Assembly: GCA_028821675.1 (NCBI GenBank) | Contig: JAPKFG010000002.1 | Location: 1 to 55,261 of the forward strand | Direction: 5' to 3' | DNA: 55,261 nucleotides | Origin: Candidatus Poseidoniales archaeon | Lineage (GTDB): Archaea; Thermoplasmatota; Poseidoniia; Poseidoniales; Thalassarchaeaceae | Shown: positions 45,828 through 54,363 of the stretch, in pieces | Numbering within the stretch: the stretch's first letter is position 1 | Layout of the letters: every line of letters begins with the position of its first letter | Notes under the pieces: model-generated | The model's database searches: none | What the model saw: only the letters and a program-made list of their open reading frames with translations | Told to the model about the DNA's origin: nothing | Program-made: the position numbers and the translations under genes

Positions 45828-47137
45828 TCCAAACTTCGTTTGGCTTGACGAGATACCCGGGGGTCCTCATCATCCAATGCTGCTGCAAGTGGTGAAACAA
45901 CCCGGCCATCAGAAAATCGCTGCATCGCATCAACCACTGCCAACCGAACATCGGGGTCATGATTACTGGCCATCTCGATGAGTCTAAGCATCAATGTATC
46001 ACTGCTGTCGAGGGCCAACCCCTGAAGTGCAGCCAATTGAACAGATTTTGCCGAATCAGACAATGCTTCAATTAAATGCGAATGCGCGTCTATACCAATT
46101 GACGCAAAAGCACGAACAATTTTTTCCCGCTCTTCTGCATCAGCCCCTTTGATGGCATCTTCCAATGCAGGAATTGCCTCAACATCGGCCAATCGTCGAA
46201 TTGCCGTCAAAGCACCCAATCGGGTTTGCCTATTTTCGGAGGAAAGGGCCAATAGTAGTGGGGCCAAATGGCCAATTGCGACCATTGCTGCAACCGCCGT
46301 AGTATGCATATCCTCATGTTGAAATTTCATCATGATGGGCTCACATGCACTTCGTTCGCGTAATACAGCCAAGGCCTCAATAACGTGTTTACATTCCTCA
46401 CTTTTCAAATTCGTATCATAGAGCATTTCGAGTAGGCTTGGTACAGCACGCCTACCGAGTCTGTAAGCCATTTCCGGGTCGCGAACCGCAGCAGAAACAC
46501 CTTCAGATATTGTCCTTCTAATTTCAAAAATACGAATGATTCCTTGGATGAGAATAAAATCAATTGTGAGCAGGAATCCCATGACCAGATGTCTACCTCC
46601 TAGCGAATCTAATTCAATAGAACTCATCTTCACTCCATAAATTTCAGACCAATCTAGAATTGATCTGAATAGGAGATCAACGCCGAGCAACATCCAGTCC
46701 AGAAGACTTGCATCCGCTGGAACTCGATAGAGGTCAAAAAGCTCATGACTGGATTTCAGTAATAGCGGGATTATCAGGAACAATTGGATTGCAGATAGTA
46801 ATGCACTGATTCTGAGATCAGGCAACTCGTCCGGGTCAGCATCGGATAATTTTCGTGCAATTTTCGTTCTCAATTTTTCATTTGACACCCATGCACGCCC
46901 GACACCTATGACACCGATGAAACCGAGCCATAGCATAATCCATGCAAGTGATGATGTGAGATAGAAGGCTGCAGCATGAATAATACCAAACGATAACACC
47001 AACAACCCGAGTTGATAGTGAGGTGCTTTAATTTCGGTTCCAAACAGTCGAGAAAACCGGACCAACAACTCATCGATTTTGCTGAACACGTTACGTGGGG
47101 GCATCATTCCAACGATAAAGTCCATCTTTCGATTCAA
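45779..47137 (-). CDS. Membrane protein with a C-terminal HEAT-repeat (PBS-lyase-like) domain
   Basis: About 5 hydrophobic helices in the first 210 aa. They are followed by repeated ~31 aa units of the type xxVRxxAxxALxxxxDxxAxxxLxxAL (e.g. DPDVRLAVVDAMQRFSDGRVVSPLAAALDDEDPRVSRQA). Confidence 0.7.
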   Translation of the reverse strand: MNRKMDFIVGMMPPRNVFSKIDELLVRFSRLFGTEIKAPHYQLGLLVLSFGIIHAAAFYLTSSLAWIMLWLGFIGVIGVGRAWVSNEKLRTKIARKLSDADPDELPDLRISALLSAIQLFLIIPLLLKSSHELFDLYRVPADASLLDWMLLGVDLLFRSILDWSEIYGVKMSSIELDSLGGRHLVMGFLLTIDFILIQGIIRIFEIRRTISEGVSAAVRDPEMAYRLGRRAVPSLLEMLYDTNLKSEECKHVIEALAVLRERSACEPIMMKFQHEDMHTTAVAAMVAIGHLAPLLLALSSENRQTRLGALTAIRRLADVEAIPALEDAIKGADAEEREKIVRAFASIGIDAHSHLIEALSDSAKSVQLAALQGLALDSSDTLMLRLIEMASNHDPDVRLAVVDAMQRFSDGRVVSPLAAALDDEDPRVSRQAKRSLDHLESVVARKGTSSDQ

Positions 47138-47193
47138 ACCATTATCTCGATTTCAAGCGACATCCCAATGAGGGGGAAGGTTCAGCGCGATAC

Positions 47194-47361
47194 ATGCCAG
47201 GGGGGTGGTGGTTGTTGATGGCAGCATGTTCAATTCTTGGTGTGGCTACTTGGTACACACGAAATTTCAGTGAACGTGACGACCTAATGCGTCTTTTCGC
47301 GTTTACAGGAATCGCCTGCATGCTGTCCTTGCTCGGCTGGACACTCACCATGGATATCTGA
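47194..47361 (+). CDS. Small predicted two-helix membrane protein (55 aa), absent from the ORF track
   Basis: Hand translation gives MPGGWWLLMAACSILGVATWYTRNFSERDDLMRLFAFTGIACMLSLLGWTLTMDI*. This is two hydrophobic helices with a charged loop. A purine-rich GAGGGGGAAGG lies 14 nt upstream, and the ORF ends 9 nt before the PqqD-like gene. It competes with the low-complexity minus-strand ORF 47142..47477, which I consider spurious. Confidence 0.45.
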   Translation: MPGGWWLLMAACSILGVATWYTRNFSERDDLMRLFAFTGIACMLSLLGWTLTMDI

Positions 47362-47370
47362 GGTTTTTCA

Positions 47371-47829
47371 ATGAATGAACTCGAGGGGGCCTTTCCAATT
47401 CGACTGCCCGTTTGGTGGGCGCGAAGAGGGGCTGCCGGCCCCCATCCAGAATTGGAGGGAGTCACTGGCCGTTTCATCGTAATTCGTCACACCAAACGAT
47501 TCAAGAGATTTGAGGGTCTTCTAGCGAGACTCTTGCGCGCCCCGAAGGAATTGCGCCGCCCACTGGATGATTTGAACAGTCTATTGTGGGAGTTGTGCGA
47601 TGGTACGCGATCGTTCGAAGAGATTTGCGAACTCATGGATTCGACATTCCATGAACGCATTGCACCGGTGTCAGAAAGAACAACTGCAGCCCTCACACGC
47701 CTCAATCAATTAGGCCTCATCGGATTATCCAAGGATCCATTTGAGGGAGAATGGGAACGAGGACCCGGCCATGACCCCAGCGGAGACCTACCTCCACCAG
47801 ATGACAGGTTAGAACTCGATTGGAGTTGA
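47371..47829 (+). CDS. PqqD-family (RiPP-recognition-element-like) protein
   Basis: LDDLNSLLWELCDGTRSFEEICELMDSTFHE.....SERTTAALTRLNQLGLI matches the PqqD pattern (Ln.....iW.l.DG.rt..eI...l...f......v..dv..fl..L...gli). It has a ~45 aa N-terminal and a ~35 aa acidic/Pro C-terminal extension. Confidence 0.6.
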   Translation: MNELEGAFPIRLPVWWARRGAAGPHPELEGVTGRFIVIRHTKRFKRFEGLLARLLRAPKELRRPLDDLNSLLWELCDGTRSFEEICELMDSTFHERIAPVSERTTAALTRLNQLGLIGLSKDPFEGEWERGPGHDPSGDLPPPDDRLELDWS

Positions 47830-50800
47830 TTATCGAGCCAAATTACAGGCTGGACAGTGTGTGTACTCAGTAATCGCCGTTGCCGCAGCAAACCCTCCGC
47901 ACCCTGTACACTGCCACCATGCATCGGTCGATGTCAGAACATTACCTGTGACGATGCAGTTGAATGAGGGTAGCGATGAACTAGGAACCTCACTATGATC
48001 AACTGTTCCTCCAAGGGCATTGAAGGCATCAGCAACGGTTGCGTCAGGGACGCCGCGCAATTCTTGGATTTGCTCCTCACTCCATCCTGAAGCACGTAGT
48101 TGCTCATCCGTATAATCTGCAGGTGAAGGTTCGGGAGTAGGTGTGACTGCTAGAGCCACTGGGGCTGTCGAAGGCATGGGCCCAGGTGCTGCTGCTGTGG
48201 GTTGTACAGGCATTTGTGCAACAGGTTGTTGTTGGACGACAACAGGCATGGTTGATTCAGGGGCTGAATCATATTCATTCATTTCATGCTCATCCATGTC
48301 TTCAATTTCGTCCAATGTACGCCTTCGACGATAGATAAGGGCAATCATGTAAATGAAGAATGCAATGAATACGATTCCACCAGCAATTCCCCCAATCAGC
48401 ATTGTCAGACTCCCAAATCCAGCAAAACCACCACTTTCCTCGATTTGTTCAGTCTTGAGGTGAACTTGACCACTTGACCAAATTGTTTCCCCCAATTCAT
48501 CTGTGAGTACAAAATTGACAGTACGATCACGCTCATCGGCTTCAAGTGACAAGTCACAATCAATGGTGGCTGTTTGAGCTGGACCTGGACTGGATGCGGG
48601 GATGAACAAAACAACACCACCCTCTTGTGATCTTGGCCGACAATCCAAGAACACCGATTCGGGAACTGAACTGGTGAGATTGACAGTCACCGCCATGGTC
48701 GAATCTGTAGTGACATTGATTTGGAATGTATTGATTTCTTCAGGTGAAAACAATATGTTAGAATCCAAATTCCAACCCACTTCCACGCTGCGCTGTTGAT
48801 CAACGTTGACGCGTAAATCTGTAGAAAATGTCTGTATCAGGTCTTGGTTGGTCACCTGTCCACCTTCCACCTCTATTGTGAGGACGACGGAATCTCCAAG
48901 TGGGAAGTTGTCAAATGTCTCAAAGACAATCATGATTTCTTCGACTCCCCCCGGACTCATTGGAACGTCAACCCACCCGTTTAGCTGACCTGTTCCTCTT
49001 GAGGTCACAGCTTGGACAATCATTCCTGGCAAATTCTTGTCCGATGTAATACGTAATCTGAGACTGTTATCATACGTGTTTCCGGAATTCTGTAGTGTGA
49101 CCATCCATGATTCGCTTTGCCCAATCCAAAGTGACACCTCATCATGGGCAAAATCAGAAAGTTCAGGAATCGCCGTCATTTGAGTCCGATATTCCCATGA
49201 AAAGGTTGCATCCTCAGGGCTGGCATCCTCTCCCTCCACCGGTAATGCAGTGAATGTCAACTCAAACACTTGCTCCGGATCCTCGTTTCCAGGCACTTCA
49301 ATCCACAGCGTCCCTAGGGCCACACTATTGCCATCGTAGGTAGTTGAAAGACTCAGTGGCCCCGAGATAATTGCACTGTTGAATTCGACCCACCAAGTCC
49401 ACCCAGCCGAAGCATCCAGATCGAAGATAATATTCTCTGCACCATTGCCTAGATTTTCCACTTCGAAAGGAATTTCATATGGTTGTCCCGGAACAATGTC
49501 CATTGCCGGTGTATTCATCGCCAATGTCACATCGTGGAGTTGTCTTACACGAATATCAGCGAACACTCGTTCAGTTCCTGACATCCCTGATTCGATTGAT
49601 GTTACGTGAGGGGTGACGATGGGCCCCGGATCATTGGCTTGAGCACCAACTGGCGCAGTGAAAGATACTAGCACTCTAGCAGTACTAGCGGGTCCAATGA
49701 TTACAGATTCCGATGAGAGTAATTCAATTGTCCAACCAAATACACCTGTTGAATCAAACGAGAAAGTGTAACTGTCTTGTTGGGTTGCATTGTTCCAAAT
49801 TGTAAACGGAACCGTGATGGACTCACCGGGGGAAATCCACCATCCATCATCTGGAATATCTCCTGGATCCACCCCAACACCACCATTGGATACCATGGAC
49901 GCGGTAACATTCGCCCTCATTTTCGCCACTTTGTTCGGGTCTGCTTGACTTGTCGCTACAAACTCCGAATTCACCCTCATTCCTGGCAACGCATCTTGGG
50001 GGAGATTAGCCGTAATCGTGATGATTTCCGTTCCATCTTTGGGAACGGTTACAGTGGTGGATTGATCCCATTTGAGACCGAATGTCCACCCGTCTTGATT
50101 CAGTACAGGTGACGATGAAAGAGAAAACGTATCTTGGCCATCTCCATCATTGCGCAATGTGATTTCGAAATCACAGGCATTTCCGGGTGCACAAGGGAAT
50201 CCCGGATCCTGCTCAACCCATGCTGGTTGGTAACCTGGGTCAACGATGAAGGATGCAGTGGTCGACGAGGTGACCGACGCTTCGATGCTTTGAGCAAGAA
50301 CATTGACTGAAGTCGAGCCCATGGGTGAACCATCGGTCGGTTGAACCAGTAGTTTGACGGTCCGAGCCTCACCCTTGCCCAAATCGATACGCACCCCATC
50401 TTGAATTTGTGAACCAGTCATGTGTTGGAATCTATGATTCCACCCTGCCGGGAGATTACTGACACTGAGGGCAACAGAATCAGATAGGTTTCCGGAATTC
50501 GATAGACTGATTGTGGTTTCTGCCCATTCACCGGCCTGTGCATGCCCACTGCTTCCAGAACTTGCAGATATGGCATATTCTTCAGCTCGCGCCTTTTGAT
50601 CATAAAACATCACGATATCCTCGAACCAGTAACCAAGTGACGTCCCCCCCGCATCTGAATGGAAGTTGATTCGGAACTTGAATTGTGAATTCATTGTTGA
50701 TGCAGGAATGGCCCACCAAGGAACAACCTGATTGTTGACCTGATTGACATTTATCAGCCAACTACTCCCATCGTCGAAGTTCGTGTCGACAGAAGACGTG

Positions 50801-51669
50801 ACTGTTGTTGTGATTCTCTGCCATGAATTGCCATTCCACACATCGATGTCATATCCATCTCCAGTGAGTGCTTCACCTGTGTAGAAAAATCCCACACCAA
50901 TACCCCGTGTTGGTGAAGGGTGGGCGTCCGACGTATCCATAATCGCACTTGTGAGAGATGTATCCCAGTTATTACCATAATTGGATGAAGAAGTTGAGCC
51001 ACCAACATGGAATGAATTACTACTACTGAGGGAAGCTTCGTCGGATACATACCAGTTGTTTCCAAGGCTCCACGAACCGACTGATTCAGCACGATCATAC
51101 AGGTTGCCAATGGTAAGGCTCCTTGTCCCCACATCGTTGTTTGTATTCGCATCGTTGGTAAGCAAACACGTGATTCTAATCGTGTGATTTCCACTGTAGT
51201 CCGGTGTCCATGTTGTGGTGACGGTTGAACTGCTCCCAGCCGCCAGTGATGAGACTGTACCTCGATAGGAATGGAGAATAAAATCAGAATATTCGTCATG
51301 CAATATCTCCACATCAACATTGAAACTTCCTGCTGCTGAATCACCCAGATTTTCCACGGTCACCTCGATTTCCTGTTGTAGTCCGAGCATGCCATCAATA
51401 ATCCATAAGTCAGCAGAACGGCCAAGGCCAATTGCAGATGGGTCTTGTGAAGAGAGTGCAGCATGGTTGCTGTGATCTGTACTGCTCACATAGGTGACAT
51501 ATGCAGATGTTGGTGCAATATCGGGCCCTGCACGACCTTGAGTGGCATGGACCGCGGGAATAAGTGAAACCAAGAGCAAGGTGACCAACATAGTGGCAAG
51601 ACCAGCCGAGGTCCGATTGGAAAAGAAACGCATACGCCCCAAATGTTGGTTTTCAGACGAATCCTTCAA
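47830..51669 (-). CDS. Giant (1279 aa) surface protein with CARDB/NEW3-like beta-sandwich modules, a C-terminal TM helix and a cytoplasmic zinc-ribbon tail
   Basis: Signal anchor (LATMLVTLLLVSLIPAVHA). Repeated beta-sandwich modules with patterns such as EVTVENLGDSAAGSFNVDVEI and ALSVSNLPAGWNHRF. TM helix LIGGIAGGIVFIAFFIYMIALIY followed by RRRR. After that comes a Pro/Gln-rich linker ending in WWQCTGCGG...THCPACN (CxxC...CxxC). Confidence 0.75.
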   Translation of the reverse strand: MKDSSENQHLGRMRFFSNRTSAGLATMLVTLLLVSLIPAVHATQGRAGPDIAPTSAYVTYVSSTDHSNHAALSSQDPSAIGLGRSADLWIIDGMLGLQQEIEVTVENLGDSAAGSFNVDVEILHDEYSDFILHSYRGTVSSLAAGSSSTVTTTWTPDYSGNHTIRITCLLTNDANTNNDVGTRSLTIGNLYDRAESVGSWSLGNNWYVSDEASLSSSNSFHVGGSTSSSNYGNNWDTSLTSAIMDTSDAHPSPTRGIGVGFFYTGEALTGDGYDIDVWNGNSWQRITTTVTSSVDTNFDDGSSWLINVNQVNNQVVPWWAIPASTMNSQFKFRINFHSDAGGTSLGYWFEDIVMFYDQKARAEEYAISASSGSSGHAQAGEWAETTISLSNSGNLSDSVALSVSNLPAGWNHRFQHMTGSQIQDGVRIDLGKGEARTVKLLVQPTDGSPMGSTSVNVLAQSIEASVTSSTTASFIVDPGYQPAWVEQDPGFPCAPGNACDFEITLRNDGDGQDTFSLSSSPVLNQDGWTFGLKWDQSTTVTVPKDGTEIITITANLPQDALPGMRVNSEFVATSQADPNKVAKMRANVTASMVSNGGVGVDPGDIPDDGWWISPGESITVPFTIWNNATQQDSYTFSFDSTGVFGWTIELLSSESVIIGPASTARVLVSFTAPVGAQANDPGPIVTPHVTSIESGMSGTERVFADIRVRQLHDVTLAMNTPAMDIVPGQPYEIPFEVENLGNGAENIIFDLDASAGWTWWVEFNSAIISGPLSLSTTYDGNSVALGTLWIEVPGNEDPEQVFELTFTALPVEGEDASPEDATFSWEYRTQMTAIPELSDFAHDEVSLWIGQSESWMVTLQNSGNTYDNSLRLRITSDKNLPGMIVQAVTSRGTGQLNGWVDVPMSPGGVEEIMIVFETFDNFPLGDSVVLTIEVEGGQVTNQDLIQTFSTDLRVNVDQQRSVEVGWNLDSNILFSPEEINTFQINVTTDSTMAVTVNLTSSVPESVFLDCRPRSQEGGVVLFIPASSPGPAQTATIDCDLSLEADERDRTVNFVLTDELGETIWSSGQVHLKTEQIEESGGFAGFGSLTMLIGGIAGGIVFIAFFIYMIALIYRRRRTLDEIEDMDEHEMNEYDSAPESTMPVVVQQQPVAQMPVQPTAAAPGPMPSTAPVALAVTPTPEPSPADYTDEQLRASGWSEEQIQELRGVPDATVADAFNALGGTVDHSEVPSSSLPSFNCIVTGNVLTSTDAWWQCTGCGGFAAATAITEYTHCPACNLAR

Positions 51670-51690
51670 CGTACCGGTCTAAAGACCGGC

Positions 51691-52521
51691 TCATGAATCA
51701 TCTGTGGTTTTGTCCAATGCCACATTTCGAACCTTCTCTTCACGTAGTTCCTTTGCCCTCGCGGCGAAATATATCGATAGTGGAATGACCAGAGCAATTC
51801 CAAAACAGCCGATTAGCGCCGAAATCGACCACATCATCTCGGTGACCGGGTCAACTTTGAACGGTTCCACATTCTCTAATTCATGTGATGTAGACTGCAC
51901 ATGGGGTGAGAATTCATCAGGATGAATCACGTCTATATTATCAAGAGTAATTGTCCATACACGAGTGCCGTTGTGTGTTGAGATGAGGCTAGCAGACGCT
52001 TCCTCAGCGTCTTCCAACGAGTCCGCATAGAGGCTACCCAATCCGCCCATCGGCAAATCGGGTGAAACGATACCACGAATTGTGATATTGCCCGATTCTT
52101 CTGCAGTGATAGTGTGTACCTGCGATTCTGTGCAAACATTGTATTCCTCATAGCCCCCATCATCGATTTGTCGACAACTGAATCGGTCGGCATTTTCATC
52201 GCCCAACATTTCATGGTGATACCACACCCCATCTGATACTCCGACTGAAACCATGTCACCTTGTCCTACCCCTGCAATCGAGATGTTCAACCAAGTTGTC
52301 GAGCGGTTGGTTGAGAACGTCCATGATTGGCTGGTATCGTTGTTGGACAATCCTTGATCGATTGCTGTATGTTCGACTTGCTCATTGGATGTGTGATAGA
52401 GGTAATACGACGAATCAATTGTTGCACCATAAACAGCATATGAGAGAATAACGATTAGGGTTAACCCTAGCCCAATCATAGTTCGAAGCATGTTTGGATT
52501 TTGAGCCAACGCCTTCTTCAT
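51691..52521 (-). CDS. Hypothetical bitopic protein (TM helices at both termini)
   Basis: 276 aa. N-terminal helix MIGLGLTLIVILSYAVYG and C-terminal helix MMWSISALIGCFGIALVIPLSIYF followed by a charged tail. It ends 21 nt upstream of the 1279 aa surface protein gene, so the two are probably co-transcribed. Confidence 0.55.
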   Translation of the reverse strand: MKKALAQNPNMLRTMIGLGLTLIVILSYAVYGATIDSSYYLYHTSNEQVEHTAIDQGLSNNDTSQSWTFSTNRSTTWLNISIAGVGQGDMVSVGVSDGVWYHHEMLGDENADRFSCRQIDDGGYEEYNVCTESQVHTITAEESGNITIRGIVSPDLPMGGLGSLYADSLEDAEEASASLISTHNGTRVWTITLDNIDVIHPDEFSPHVQSTSHELENVEPFKVDPVTEMMWSISALIGCFGIALVIPLSIYFAARAKELREEKVRNVALDKTTDDS

Positions 52522-52602
52522 CGGAGCGCCCAGAGGAATTCACCGTTTGAACATTGTCAGATGACTGTGAGAATAACCCCACCATAGGTGGGGCGGTCAG
52601 CA

Positions 52603-52610
52603 TTAAATAT
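52603..52610 (+). promoter_or_regulatory. TATA-box-like element (TTAAATAT) upstream of the ribosomal protein cluster
   Basis: Seen directly in the sequence, about 36-43 nt upstream of the eS19 ATG (52646). This is consistent with an archaeal promoter and a short leader. It is preceded by the hairpin CCCCACC-ATA-GGTGGGG (52577-52593). Confidence 0.45.
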
Positions 52611-52645
52611 GGCTTGTTGGTCGGCGACGTGCTTAGGTTGCTCTC

Positions 52646-53116
52646 ATGACCACGTTTTACGATGTTCCAGCGGACCTTCTCATACCGGTTCTCGCCGACC
52701 GTCTGGAGGCCGATGCCAAAATTAACCAGCCTGAATGGGCTGAATTTGTCAAAACTGGAGCGCACAAAGAACGCCCTCCCGTTCAGAAAAATTGGTGGTA
52801 TCTCCGAAGTGCAGCAATTCTTCGTAAGGTTGGCCGTTTGGGTCCGGTAGGTGTCAATCACCTTTCACAGGCCTTTGGTGGCCCGAAAAACCGTGGTTCT
52901 GCACCCAATCGTGCAACCGCTGGAAGCCGACACGTGATTCGAACATCTCTACAGCAACTCGAAGATGCAGGCCTGGTTACAGTTCGACGCAACGCTGCTG
53001 GTACAGTGACCATGGGTAGAATTCTCACTCCAGCGGGGCAGAAAATTCTCGATGATGTTGCGCACGAAGTCCGACCACAGGCTGAGGAAGTATACCCTGG
53101 CCTCGGCAAGTACTGA
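52646..53116 (+). CDS. rps19e: Ribosomal protein eS19
   Basis: FYDVPADLLIPVLADRLE, PEWAEFVKTGAHKERPP, NWWYLRSAAILRKV, GGPKNRG and IRTSLQQLEDAGLV form the canonical S19e pattern. Confidence 0.95.
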   Translation: MTTFYDVPADLLIPVLADRLEADAKINQPEWAEFVKTGAHKERPPVQKNWWYLRSAAILRKVGRLGPVGVNHLSQAFGGPKNRGSAPNRATAGSRHVIRTSLQQLEDAGLVTVRRNAAGTVTMGRILTPAGQKILDDVAHEVRPQAEEVYPGLGKY

Positions 53117-53142
53117 TTGGAGAGGAGAGTGTGGGTGAAATT

Positions 53143-53502
53143 ATGTCTGTTAACGATGACGAATTGGCCCAGATTCGCGCTTCACGGCTTGCTGAAATTC
53201 AGAATAAAATAGATGCACAGGCTGACCAACAAGTCCATGCTGAAACCGAACAAGCAGTGGCAGAACAAGAGGCACTCATGATTGCTGCTGCCATGCAAAC
53301 CATCCTAACTCCCGAAGCTCGTGATCGATTGGCCAGAGTTGAATTGGGTCGCCCTGAACTTGCTTCAACAGTAAAGCAACACTTGTTCACTCTTTATCAG
53401 GCAAATAAACTTCGTATTCCAGTTGATGATGAAATGCTCAAGCGCATTTTGCAGGGACTTACAGATAGCACCCGTCGGGAGACGACCATTCGCAGAATTT
53501 GA
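53143..53502 (+). CDS. PDCD5/TFAR19-like double-stranded DNA-binding protein
   Basis: DELAQIRASRLAEIQ...ILTPEARDRLARVELGRPELA...IDDEMLKRILQGL is the archaeal dsDNA_bind family pattern and sits at its usual position after rps19e. An alternative GTG start is at 53131. Confidence 0.85.
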   Translation: MSVNDDELAQIRASRLAEIQNKIDAQADQQVHAETEQAVAEQEALMIAAAMQTILTPEARDRLARVELGRPELASTVKQHLFTLYQANKLRIPVDDEMLKRILQGLTDSTRRETTIRRI

Positions 53503-53508
53503 GGTGAA

Positions 53509-53667
53509 ATGATGTCACGGAACAAGCCTTATGCGAAGAAAAAGCGCCTTAACAAGGTGACAAAAACGAATCGACGTGTCCCTGTTTGGGTCATGATGCG
53601 AACCAATCGCAAGGTGACCACACATCCAAAGCGTCATCACTGGCGACGCAGTAAACTACAACGTTGA
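53509..53667 (+). CDS. rpl39e: Ribosomal protein eL39 (52 aa; too short for the ORF track)
   Basis: Hand translation gives [52 protein letters not shown], which is the L39e pattern (KKRL.K..K.NR.vP.WV...T.R.v......R.WRR.KL). GAGGTGA precedes the ATG. Confidence 0.92.
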   Translation: MMSRNKPYAKKKRLNKVTKTNRRVPVWVMMRTNRKVTTHPKRHHWRRSKLQR

Positions 53668-53681
53668 ATGGAGGAATGAAG

Positions 53682-53945
53682 ATGGCTGAAACCAAAGAGA
53701 TGGTCGTTCCACTTCGGGCTGCATGGGCAGTCCCACGAACTCAGCGCGCCGCACGTGCGATGAAGGAAATCCGTAAGCATGTATCTAGACATATGAAGAT
53801 TCAAGAGGACGAAGAAATGTGGATTGACGAAGCCGTTAATCATGCAATTTGGGCCCGTGGAATTCAGAAACCTCCACGCAAGATCCGTCTTATAGTCACA
53901 CGCGAAGAAGGCTTCCCGATTGAAGTCAAGTTAGTTGAGGAGTGA
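53682..53945 (+). CDS. rpl31e: Ribosomal protein eL31
   Basis: [32 protein letters not shown]...[23 protein letters not shown] is the L31e pattern. The start is chosen at the ATG 53682, 7 nt after GGAGGA. Confidence 0.92.
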   Translation: MAETKEMVVPLRAAWAVPRTQRAARAMKEIRKHVSRHMKIQEDEEMWIDEAVNHAIWARGIQKPPRKIRLIVTREEGFPIEVKLVEE

Positions 53946-53950
53946 GAAAA

Positions 53951-54142
53951 ATGGGCAATATCCGACCGTCATTCATCAAAATCCGAGCCATCCGTCTATG
54001 TGTAGAGTATCCTGACAAGTTCAATGATGACTTTGACAACAACAAGAAATTGGTTGAAGAATTTACCGATGTCGACAACAAGCGTATGCGTAATTGGATT
54101 GCTGGGTACATCACCACCTACATGCAGCGCCGAGAGGACTGA
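53951..54142 (+). CDS. rps17e: Ribosomal protein eS17
   Basis: [57 protein letters not shown] is the S17e pattern (MG.vR...IKr.a..L...y...F..DFe.NK..v........sK.lRN.IAGYiT). Confidence 0.9.
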   Translation: MGNIRPSFIKIRAIRLCVEYPDKFNDDFDNNKKLVEEFTDVDNKRMRNWIAGYITTYMQRRED

Positions 54143-54151
54143 GGTGGCGAC

Positions 54152-54361
54152 ATGTCGGCCCCTGAGGTCGATCAATCCGGAGAGATTGGCCATGTTCATC
54201 ATTCTCAACGCCAGGTATTACTAGACTTCGTGAAGCATCTGAAGTCGAACGAATTTTTGCGCTGTTCATACCCAATGCCCGACCAAGAGCGTGGCGAGGG
54301 TTGGATGATGTTCCTCTACGAGCGCTTGTCGGATGATATCATCAATTCATTTGAGGCGTGA
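54152..54361 (+). CDS. Hypothetical small protein (69 aa)
   Basis: It is the only ORF filling the 220 nt between rps17e and the methyltransferase gene in an otherwise gap-free cluster. No family recognised. Confidence 0.4.
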   Translation: MSAPEVDQSGEIGHVHHSQRQVLLDFVKHLKSNEFLRCSYPMPDQERGEGWMMFLYERLSDDIINSFEA

Positions 54362-54363
54362 GA

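Noticed and set aside
47142-47477. Minus-strand ORF of 111 aa in the HEAT / PqqD spacer
   Set aside because: Its composition is low-complexity and Ser/Pro/Arg-rich, and it overlaps the start of the PqqD-like gene. The plus strand offers a compact two-helix ORF with sensible spacing. Neither has been experimentally verified.
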